A DNA stretch of 50,848 bases, filler included, from Catajapyx aquilonaris (taxonomy: Eukaryota): the NCBI GenBank assembly GCA_000934665.2. It is 3 parts of 3 records of this genome, joined end to end, with 100 filler letters (N's around TTAATTAATTAA, not from the genome) between each part and the next. Parts side by side here need not be neighbours in the genome. Positions count along the whole stretch, not along the records: positions 33,986 to 50,848 come from JYFJ02007084.1; 2 more parts are not named here. One strand, given 5' to 3'. The notes under the pieces were generated by a model. It did not search any database. It was not told the DNA's origin and saw nothing but the letters and a program-made list of their open reading frames with translations. The translations under genes were made by a program, and so were the position numbers. Shown here one piece after another: positions 34,870-45,430 of this stretch (the first letter of the stretch is position 1; every line of letters starts with the position of its first letter).

Positions 34870-35780
34870 AAAAATTGTTTTCATTGTGTTTGTTGACGTC
34901 GATCTTTAATGTTCCTCCTCAGACTTCTCCAGGTCCTGTTATGAAGTATCGCATTTCCGGCCTTGTATAACCCAACCCTAGTACTTGATGACAGGGGGAA
35001 AAAAATATATATGCATATATAGCATAACTAGACATTCACCATCTATGAAAAATAAAGATATAATCATTGGGTTGACTAGGTAATATTAGTGCTTACGTAA
35101 TATTTTGTCGCTATTATCTTCGCAGATAAATGTGATAAATGATTGACAAAAAGGTTCCGGTACATTCAACAGTCAACAGGAAAGTAGCGGTGCTTGCTGC
35201 AGCTTGTTCAGTTACTCATGTACAAAAAAGATGCAGAAATATAATATCATGTTATCAGTTTACTGAGGGAGGCGTAGTGGCGCTGTGATAACGTACCCGC
35301 ACACGGATGGAAGGGTCCCGGGTTCGATCCCAAGCCCGGGCCTTCCCTGCCTCATGTCGTTCGGAGTTGGGTTGTCTCTGGCTTCGTCTCGGGTGGAATC
35401 TCCGCTAGACTAATCCACCCGGCAGAACTCATGAAGTGACCTTAGAAAGACTTCGCACGTTCTCTCCCATAAAGTTCAATTTTGCCGATTTTGAAGTGTG
35501 TATTTAAAAAAGTATTTAAAATGTTCCAGTGTGAATCTTTATGACGTAAGGTACACCAGGTGATAAAAGAAAATGATTTTTACATCATGGTACAAACACT
35601 TCAAAATAGCCAAAATTGAACATTGTGGAGTTTTCTTTATTTCCTACGTTATGTGATGATTCCTTGCACCCTCATCCACTTGAGACTTCTAAACTACATC
35701 GCTATACTATCCGATTTCATGTCTCTAATCTCTTCAGCGTGGGCACAAGGTCATGCTGTTGTAACTCAGGGACGTCGCGG
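34870..35780. repeat. Diverged duplicate of 38695-39660 (upstream region of a four-Cys module gene), with a broken start MKTIF at 34884 (-)
   Basis: Collinear blocks such as TTTGTTGACGT..CTCAGACTT, AGGTTCCGGTA..CAACAGGAAAGT, ACTTGAGACTTCTAAA and TTCAGCGTGGGC.CAAGGTCATG occur in both regions. Confidence 0.8.
35265..35470 (+). mobile_element. tRNA-derived SINE
   Basis: A-box-like GTGGCGCTGTG and B-box GGTTCGATCCC. Absent from the paralogous region, which diverges after CAGTTTACT (39061-39069). The 3' end is approximate. Confidence 0.55.
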
Positions 35781-36780
35781 TGTTTCCAGAGGGCAAGATA
35801 AATCTAGTGTGTTGCGGTATTGGTCACATTTCGGACCCTAAGGTCAAAAACTCAAAAACCCTCCAGTGTCCTGCTGATTGAACAACCTCGTTACATTGAT
35901 ATGATGGTCTTGAAACTCATGGTGTAAAAATGCTGGCAGGGATGCTTCCCTCCGTTAAACATTGTCTTTTTAAGTATATAAAATACACAAACCCTCATTC
36001 AAAAGTTTCCGCCCACCCATGAAATCTACCGGTAGGGCATGATGGAAAAAAAATTACACTGGCAGCATCATGGTGTGGTCACCGCCAAGTCGAAGAGAGA
36101 TGAGATAATGTGCAGACTGTGATAGTGATATAGTTGATCTTATCTCAAGCTCAAACACAAGTTAGTTACATGTGGAAATAAGTGATCATATTAATGCTAT
36201 AAAAATTGTGCCTCTGTATGTACCGTTCACTTTGGTGTCAGTTCGGATCTTACCTTTCAATATTTAGATGTGACCTGATATGGCTACGTACTGTTATCAT
36301 TTATTTATGGTATGGAAATCTGGCATACACCAGCTGTTTTTAAATTTCACAAGCATATTATAACAATACCGTATATTTTATTTCAGCCAGGCACATTTCT
36401 AAAGATACTGCTATGCGTTGGCTATGCTGAAACTGCAACAGAATTTTGCCCCTACATCGTCATTATGAACCAGGTCACGGGAATCGCACATTTTCATCCA
36501 TCAGGTGTGCCTGAATAAATTGTTTTGACAGCGGTTCCAGAAAGCAATATATTGCACTTTATTATAAATATTTTACAATCATGCGATTTTAGTACAGTAG
36601 CAATTTTAATGCCAAAAATTATTCCGGTGTATATTCACTTAAAGAGTTTTTTCACCTTGATGAGCACAATGCTGTTTCTTGATACAGTATTTTATCCATC
36701 ATGCGGTAGGGTACTGCACATACTGGATACAGCATTAATAATTAGTGCTGCAATCATTGCGACTGTGATTCGAGTAAGTA

Positions 36781-38709
36781 TTACATATTGCGCAGGAATG
36801 CCACCAGGGGCAATATCAACATGGACATGAAAAATTCAGGCCGGCACGATGAGCACAATGCCTGAAAGAAATTATTTTCTCATGTCACTTATTGCTCTCT
36901 CAGGGTCGGTTGCACCAAAGAGGGCAGAGGATTAGTTTGAAGTGAACAGATGCTGCTCATCGAACGTTGGCAACAGTATGTTAGTCAATCTATGAATAGC
37001 GCCCGTTAAACACTGGATGAATCTCCACCTTTCACTGGTGCCTTCACAGCATATACTGAACCATAGATACTGAACCGCATAGTTAGTTAATCAACGAGTT
37101 AATGACCACATGTGAGGGGGTTCAGCAATAAGGACTGCTCCAAATAATTATGCGTGGTCTGTACAGTTGGCAAACAAAATGTGACGATATCGTTACCATT
37201 TATGATGATGACGTATTTTTACGTTCATATTAAGACATATTTTGCATGCACAGCTATTTTTCATTCACTGAATAAAATGATTAGAATACTTACACCTCCT
37301 AATTTAAGTGCGTCTTCGGCTATGGTTTTATAGACAGCGGGAAGGGTAGCGTTATTTTTTATGCCTTCCAAGCACTTTTTTACGTGAAAGTATCCAGCGC
37401 TAGAGGGATGTAAAATGACATTATTTAATCTCCTTCAAATACCTTTAATGCAGATAACTCATTGCTGAAACACTCACTTGCAATATGCATCATGGATGGC
37501 CTTAGCATCAGTACCTGTCAGAGCATTCGTAAAAGCATCTGTATCATCTTTGGATGGCGGGCAAATCCCCGTGGCTTGAAGGGCACCTGGAAGTGGCTCT
37601 TGGCCGTTGCTAACAACCACAGCTAGAATTGTAACCGATTTTTTTGTCAAAAATATCTATTGTAAAGAATGATCTCAATATACAGGGTGTTTATTGTAAC
37701 TCTGCAAAGACTTTCAGGGGTAATAGAGGGGACCAAGACAAGTATTTTTGACATAGGAACCCGTGTTCGGAAACGCCATCTAGAGGGGGTTCATAAGCAA
37801 GGAACGGGTGCGCTCAGACACGTCACGCGTGAGGCGCTAGGCGAGAGGACTGTTTTGTTGATAGATGGCGGGCAGTTGTTGCCAGGTTATGGCGTATCGT
37901 GTCGTTGTAAGTAAACAACAAAGCGATACGTCATAACCTGGCAACAACAGAACCGCTGTTGACTATCCGCGCGTCTCCTAGGAGGCGGACTTAAGTTGCT
38001 AGATGGCTCTGCTGTTTCCAGGTTATGCCACATCGCATCGTTAGTTACTATCCGAGCGCCATTTATCAACAAACCAATCTGCTCGACTAGTGCCTCTCGC
38101 GTGACGCGTCTGAGCGCACCCATTCCTTGTCTATGAACCCCCTCCAGATGGCGTTTCCGGACACGGGTTCCTATGCCAAAAATACTTGTCTTGGTCCCCT
38201 CTATTACCCCTGAAAGTATTTGCAGAGTTACAATAAACACCCTGGTATACTATAGTAGCGGACTTGTTGCCAAATTTTGGCAACACTTGTTGAACCTGCA
38301 TGAAACCTACCGGTATACTTAGAATCTAACGATGCGGCATTGATGAATTTCGGCCCAAATAATGACTTCATCTGATGTGTATAAAGATGATTTAGAAAAT
38401 AATTTACTAGTTCCTAGTGTGATTGTGCGAGTCTTTATCCCTGAGGGGGCGTAAAATGAAGCCTGTTCAAGTGTTCATAGCGGAGTCGTTCTATAGTCCG
38501 AATAAAATCACGTACGCACCAAGTTTCAGTTATATCGGACAGAAATAATGCACGTTGAATATCTTCCCGAGGGACCAAACAAAAATTACAAATAGGGTTC
38601 GTAATACATACAAAGGTTTTACTGCAGGTTAAGTCGAAGGAATAACCTTTAGAAATGAATTGATTTACGTACCGGCCAGGATACACAGCGACAAGAAAAT
38701 TGTCTTCAT
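36781..38709 (-). CDS. Four-Cys module family gene A1, ~122 aa: signal peptide + 1 module + hydrophobic C-tail. Exons 38709-38673, 37622-37478, 37399-37294, 36861-36781
   Basis: MKTIFLSLCILA/AVVVSNGQ..ICPP..HDAYC/N..VKKCLE..LKLGG/ALCSSCRPEFFMSMLILPLVAFLRNM*. All introns GT-AG, phases 1-2-0. Confidence 0.8.
37683..38244. mobile_element. Tc1/mariner-type MITE with ~190-bp TIRs in intron 1 of gene A1
   Basis: TA-CAGGGTGTTTATTGTAACTCTGCAAA... and ...TTTGCAGAGTTACAATAAACACCCTG-gTA. Confidence 0.9.
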
Positions 38710-40636
38710 TGCGTTTGTTGACGTTGATCTTGAATGTTCCTGCTCAGACTTCCACAGGTCGTGTTATGAAGCATAGTTCTGAGGTTCTATTAAGTATCCC
38801 GAGGTAAAGAGAAAAAAAAAACCTGACAAGTTATCTGTGAAAGGTGATAAAGATATGATCGCTGGATTGACTAAGTGATTACGTAATATTTTGCCGCTAT
38901 CAAGATCCATTTTGAAGCGCATATGTCTTATAATGTGATGAACTGTTGCCAAAGAGGTTCCGGTAATTTCAAGTTGCCAACAGGAAAGTGTAGGTGTATA
39001 TGCTGCACTTTGTTCAGTTTTGGATGTGAACAGGAAACGAAGAGATATTATGATTATTATCAGTTTACTAATTGCATGTCCTCTAATATGCTGAAGACCT
39101 ATGGCTTTTCATCGGTGACAATATTTACTTATATTCAGATACGCCTGCCAGTTACGGTCTGCATAGCCTGACTCTGTTGACGAGCATTATCCACAATTAA
39201 TTCGCGAAACATAGCCTGAGGCAGGAGAAATCCACCAAATCCAAAAACACTGTGAAGTTCACATCCAGACAACAATTTCCTGAGCACATTCAATTTTATT
39301 CACTAAGGATAAACTTATTACTTACATATAGGACGGCATCTAAATACTGAGTTTTGAGTCACCAGGAAAGAATAGGTACAGTAGCCTACATGCTGTACTT
39401 TCTTTAGGGTCAGGTGTGCAAAAGGAAATGCAGAGATTTACCTGGGTATGATTATTATGGGTTTAGCATACATGTCCTATTTTGCTGAAGTACCATTATT
39501 TTTCTCCATTGTAAACCTTGTGTGATGATTCGTTTCCACCATTATTTTGCCCCCTCACCTACTTGAGACTTCTAAATCATCGTAGGTGGGGATCAAGACA
39601 AGGATATCCCATCTCATATCTAATCTATTCAGCGTGGGCGCAAGGTCATGTTGCTGGTATCTGCGCGGCACAGGTGTTCGATTGATTTGACACCAGATTC
39701 TGCTCTGGAATATAATTTTACAGATAAGAACTCACAATCAGAATTTTGGTGCAAACTAAATTACGCATTAAAAGTTTTGGCAGATCAAGATCAAGACGCA
39801 AAGTGACGCAAAGTGACATTTTTGGGGTTTGCAACTGTAAAAATTGTTTTCAATACCACAAACAATGTGTGTAACATATTGCGGATTTTGCAATAACTTT
39901 GAATTCGTTCTTAAAATATGTTTGGCTTTATTTCAGTGTTATTATTTTTCATTTGTGTAGGTAAGTTCCTTAATTATTGGAGACGTTTTCAGAAATCGAT
40001 ATTTAAAGTTCAAATTTTAAAGAATTTCAATTGAAAAAATAATTTCATATCAATATTTAAATTAGTTACAATTCAAACGATAATAATTGGTGCTTTTGCT
40101 ATACGACAATAGCGCCTTTTGACACTCCGCTGAAAAGTTTTCCGCGACTCTAAAAGTTTGGGAATCATGATATCGAAAATTATTTCTGGCAGACACCAAC
40201 TCTTTATAAGTTTCAAAAACATGTATTAAAATCTCAAGCCTGCACTTGGCCGTTGCTGATTATCACGGCTAGAATTTTAACAGTAAAATATTGGTCATAA
40301 ACACTCCATTTTTGAACAATGCTTTCAATCCATTGACGGCCATTCTAGCGACACTCCTTATCAAATGGTTGCGAATGTAACACTTTTTGCACAATGTAGC
40401 AGCCCTGCAAGAAAATAATATATAATGGATTACTGCAGGCTCAATCTGTGACTAGCGATTCTCTGTACACAATACTCCCAAAATAATATATTTCAGACGA
40501 AATTTTCGTAATTAAGTGTTCTAAGTATTCAACCAAACGCAACCTTGTCACACATTTTATTTCCCATTTACATCCCACACAATTCAATGCATGTAATTAT
40601 ATCTTAATGATGTCATGAGAAATAAAAATCATGTTC

Positions 40637-41200
40637 TCACTGTCCACACAGATCACTCTGAAATACCCAAAGAGGCCATTGACATATCATATTTCAATGC
40701 ATGACATTTCTGATGACATGTACTCACTCGACGCTTTTCTAGTCTGGGCAAAAGCTGTTTGGCCAATTCACGTTGGATGACATTTCCCTTTTCGGCCATC
40801 TCTTTCACGCATATTATGGTGTCGTCCAAGATTCTGGAAGAAATTCGCACTTGAAATGGAGGCAAGTTATTGTGAGTTGATGTTCATACGCGCATGTCGC
40901 CTTCTTAATGTCATCTGAGTTGCCAGATTGCAGAGCCTTTTGCAGCGCTTCTTGATCCGCTTCGTATTTTTGCAACTCTTCTTTCGACCAGAATGACTTG
41001 CAGACATTCACATCCTGGCAGTTGCTGATTGCCACAACTTGACACACAAAAAGTGACAGAATTTGTTTAGTTTTAGTGGAATAGGTTTAGTGGATTAATT
41101 TCATATTTTTTGAAGTTAAAAATGGTGGTCCCATCAATGCAGTCTTAAATTACATGTAATACTTACTTGCCAGAATGATTAAGCTCCCTAACAACTTCAT
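40637..41200 (-). CDS. Four-Cys module family gene A2, ~102 aa, secreted. Exons 41200-41167, 41037-40890, 40833-40728, 40657-40637; possible alternative extension to 40269
   Basis: MKLLGSLIILA/IVAISNCQD..VCKS..IKKATC/AILDDTIICVKE..LEKRR/SDLCGQ*. Exon sizes 34/148/106 equal those of gene A3. Kozak-like CCACCATG. Confidence 0.75.
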
Positions 41201-41262
41201 GGTGGAGAGTTAAATCCGTCGGGAACTATGAAAATAAAATAGAGAGTTCCAAGCCACAGATC

Positions 41263-41269
41263 TTATATA
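41263..41269 (-). promoter_or_regulatory. TATA box of gene A2
   Basis: TATATAA ~63 nt upstream of the ATG at 41200. Confidence 0.5.
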
Positions 41270-41988
41270 CCTTGAGAGCAAGTTATCGTGTGCATTTATT
41301 TAATGGGTTTATCATCTCGTCAGGGATTGTGGTCCTATCAGGTAGTATTTACTTATTTGGGGATATTCCTGTGGAGAGCACTTTATGTACATCAGATGAT
41401 ACCAGGGTGATTGTTTGCTTCGTCCACACAGGTTATGACTGATACAATATTTGTGTGTTGGAAAATCACTCTATGCTGAAACTGCAAACCAGAATATTTT
41501 ACACAAGGAATATTGCATGCGTTGTGAATAATTTGTTGTACAAAAAGGTTGCCCTATCTATGTTTTAATGCACCGATTTTGTCCTCTACCGATGACTTTT
41601 GGTGCCCTGTATCACATAGTAAAGGTCACTGAACTACAATGATTGCCATTTGTAACTTTTCCACTTGTGTGGATGTAAGTTTCTTTAATCGCCAGAGCAC
41701 AAGTCCAAAGTTGGAAGCACTTCACTTGAGTTTACTCAACTCTCATTACATTCTCCGGTGGATTGCAGATATCCTCTTAGGTCATCGACATTTAATAAAA
41801 TCACCGAGAGAACAATACGTCATTACAATGGGCAGTCTAGTCAAATTCATTAGACCTAAACATGTCGTATAACAGCGACTGGAAGAAATATTAATAAAAT
41901 TTACTTAGATTTTAATGTCTTTAATGCCAAATACATGTGTGCATTTTATTATTACATTCAACATTAGCCATATTTCAAGACGCATATT

Positions 41989-42585
41989 TTACATGTTGAG
42001 CAATTGCACCAAGACAGTAAGCATCAACAATCCTACAGCAAATTTCGGTCTATCACACGTTGAGCATATTGCCTGCAAAAAATGGCGTGGCATGTTACAA
42101 ATAATTGTGCTTGATATGACCATTTTTATCAATATAGCATAAATATCACCTCACCTTCAGCATTTTGATTTCATTTTTGATCCCACGGCGCTCCATGTTG
42201 GATATGGCCTCATTGCTGACCTCACTTTGCAGGCAGCTGACTCTGTTTTGCAGCATTACCCTGCAACAGAAGTGGCACTGCAGACATACTGTATGAGTCT
42301 ATGAAAAGATGGGCATACTTGCAAGACGCTTCTCTGATTGCGTTGTTGTCAGAATCCTGTAAGGATTTCACCAGGGCTTGCACATCTGGGTCGTCTTTGT
42401 GGGGAATACATTTGGAAACGGATTTGTCAAGTAGAGGTAGTAACTGGCTGTTGGTCATCACCACACCTGATGTAAATATGGTAATATAAGGCATTAATTG
42501 CCAATCATAAATAAATCCATGCAAAACCAAGCTATGTTTAGAACAACTTACTTGCAATTAGAAATATCCATAAAGTAACCTTCAT
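41989..42585 (-). CDS. Four-Cys module family gene A3, ~123 aa: signal peptide + 1 module + hydrophobic C-tail. Exons 42585-42552, 42466-42319, 42260-42155, 42072-41989
   Basis: MKVTLWIFLIA/SVVMTNSQ..KCIP..IREASC/KVMLQNRVSCLQ..NEIKMLK/AICSTCDRPKFAVGLLMLTVLVQLLNM*. AATAAA ~40 nt after the stop. Confidence 0.82.
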
Positions 42586-43054
42586 CTTGGTCGATTTTGA
42601 CAAGTAGTACACCTCACCTGCTCAAGATACTTCTAGTTCTACAATCTCCTAATACCTGTCACAACTTCTGGCTTATTACAAGGTTGTCACAGCTTGGCTT
42701 CCTAGTGTACATGTCTTTGATGGTGAAATGTGGCAACGCTCATTGAAGACCTGACCTTAATGTATGCTAATATGTATTTTGTGACTCATAATCCACCTCA
42801 TTATAGATTAAACAACTGCCCGAATTGTTCTGGTAGCTTATTATGGTTGCAAGTATGTCAAGTGAATAAAATGTATAAAAATGCAAAGCGAAAAGTGACT
42901 ATGATCAATTAACATGACTTCTTTTATTGTTGCAGGTAAGTGTGTGATCCTAATGAGGGCCTAACTTCGACTGCCGGTTTGGTATATACGTAAGTTGTGT
43001 TTTCCATTTTATTTCGAACTCTTCCGAATTTGGCTGGCCGATGTGCAGTGCAGG

Positions 43055-45271
43055 TCATTCACACAGAGTCTGAAACATGTAATTATGTACAACACTGTAC
43101 TGTATACAAGTGAACAATGAATGCAGGATGAAAAGTGTCACCTTCCACATATTAAGGGCAGTTTTAGCGTGATGACTATCTAGATGTAGCTCGTCGTAAC
43201 CAATGTATTTCTCCACGCAATAGTCCATTTGTCCCAACATGTACCTGCCGGAGAGACACCATAATGGAAAAATACACATACCTGAGCAAAAATATTTAAA
43301 AGTAATTTTGCAAAAAAAAAATGTTTGTCCTCATTATTTTTCACATTGACAACTCAGTCCAAACTGATTGTAAGACACTGCATGTGTACTTGCCTGCAAT
43401 ATTCGTCGTGGAGAACCCAAATATGTTCGTCATCCAGAACTTCCAGTTGCGCTACTTCGTCAAAGTAGGCAGGATCTATCGCACATGATGGAGGCTTCCT
43501 GGGTGGCATTCCGCAAAAGTACTAGATAACAACTAGTCGTTAAAATACGTAGATAAAAAGTACCGGCATTTTACTTACCTCCAACATTTTAAGCTCGGCA
43601 TGAGCCCAAGAGTGGTCGTCTCGTGGAGATGTTTTGTCTTTGGCCACAATTTCCAAGCAGCTTTTCCTATTTGTCAGCGTAATCCTGGAGAATCAAGAAG
43701 CAGTGTTAATCCCTCAAAGATACTGAACATAATTTAGGAGAACGTACTTGCAGTACAGCTTCTTAAGATCCTCAAAGCTGCTCTCATTTTTAGCTTCTTT
43801 AAAAGTACTCACATCTATCGGGCATGGACCTTGAAGGACAGTTTCCTCACAGAATTCCTGGAGAGAAAATGTGGTTAAAAAGTGCAGTTAGACGGATTAA
43901 ATAATATTAACTCACAGTCCAGGAGTCTAGCTCTATTTGAGCATAGCTGATCCTATCCTTAGCTGCCTGTTGCAAACAGCTGCGTCTCTCTCCCAGGTGT
44001 GCCCTATATAGGTTTTAAAATCATTAACTCTCAAGACCGTAAACACAGCTGGGTAAGATATACCTACTTGCAGTACCCATACTTCATGATCGTATTTTCA
44101 GCCAGTAATGACTTTCTTCTGATGTAATTAGGATCGACCTGACATAATCCTTGCGTGATCGTTTTCTGGCAAAAACTCTGGGAGAAAGAAAATCATCCGC
44201 TATTCAGCAGTTAACTGAAGTTATAATCGAAAGTCAATATTTGCCGCAAAATATTAGCAATTCTGTGAAAATATTATTTGATAATTTTTGTTTCATTAAT
44301 TTGTTTGGATTATTTTTTTTAAAAGTTGTAAGGACATTGGCCGAACAACTGCAGAATTAGCTAACTCTGTAGTTATCTTTAACTTGAGTTCATAATCTCA
44401 CCGTCCACATTTTCAGCTCAGTTTGGGCTTGGCGGTGTCCCGCATACAAATCATTCTTCATGGCATTTTCCAAACAGCTCTTTCTGTCCACCAAAAATGC
44501 CCTAAAATGACCGAATATTTTAAGGACCGACCAACAATGTTCATTGTAGCACTTACTTGCAATATGTGTTGAGAGACTGATAGTGAGAAATAGCTGGAGA
44601 ATTTTCTTGACCTGGTTGGACATCAGAGAGGCGTGTCAGGTTCTTCGGACATGGACCGTTTTCCGCCTTCTGTTCGACGCAGTATGACTGCCAATATTTG
44701 CGAGTTAGAGTATAAATCAGATTTAATTCAGAGAGTTACTCACAATCCAAATCTGGAGCTCAACAAATGCTGAATTTTTATCCCGAGAATCCTGACTATT
44801 GGCCGTATATTCCAGGCAGGTACGACGAGGTTCAAAAAGGAGTCTGGATTGATACATAAATAAAGTCAATTACACTATAGAGATGCCTTTATAATGACCA
44901 TGTTACCTGCAATATAGAGATCTAATAGTGTCATCCTCATTCTGATCCGTAGATGTAAGTGATCTTTCTATCCTGTCGTTATCCACTTTGCTAATATCTA
45001 ATGGACATGAAGGTGTGGGGTCCACTAGTGAAGGAAATGTGGCAACGCAGCTAATCACGGCCGCGTCTAATAATTAAAAGAATTCTGTTTCGTAATTACG
45101 CCGCGGTCTTAATCCGCTTGGCTTGATTAATCCTCCTGCTATAGTTTCTTACTTACAAGTTAGATTATACATCAACTCATTATACATGTGGAAAAATAAC
45201 TAGCAATTTTATTAGGACACAATATGCGTCCTTTTGAAGCTCAAGTACTTACATGTCAAGAGAAATATCAT
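43055..45271 (-). CDS. Four-Cys module family gene B, ~390 aa, 12 exons: signal peptide + 5 modules, no hydrophobic tail
   Basis: MIFLLT/YAAVISCVAT.. followed by five CP..YC(K/R)..R..CL..EL..W units with alternating phase 2/0 introns, ending TLCE*. One GC donor at 43393. Confidence 0.8.
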
Positions 45272-45430
45272 TTTGAGATTGTAGTTTTGTAAGGAGATGG
45301 TTCTATCGCTTCAGATTGTTGATACTATAATAGTAGTCATGACTACTATTATTTTGGCAAGCTGGTACCATGAATATTTATTTAATTATTTTTCACTGCG
45401 TCGTTGCCCAACAATGATACATCATTTCAA

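Noticed and set aside
35315..35345. TCCCAAGCCCGG resembling the twister ribozyme P4 loop
   Set aside because: Embedded in a SINE B-box arm; the other twister stems and pseudoknots cannot be built.
37669..38240. Paired ORFs 37669(+) and 37887(-) with similar peptides
   Set aside because: By-product of the MITE's long TIRs.
39091..39125. Possible third hammerhead (CTGAAGA-CCTATG..CATCGG-TGACA)
   Set aside because: No GAAA, mismatched stem II and no stem III or cleavage triplet.
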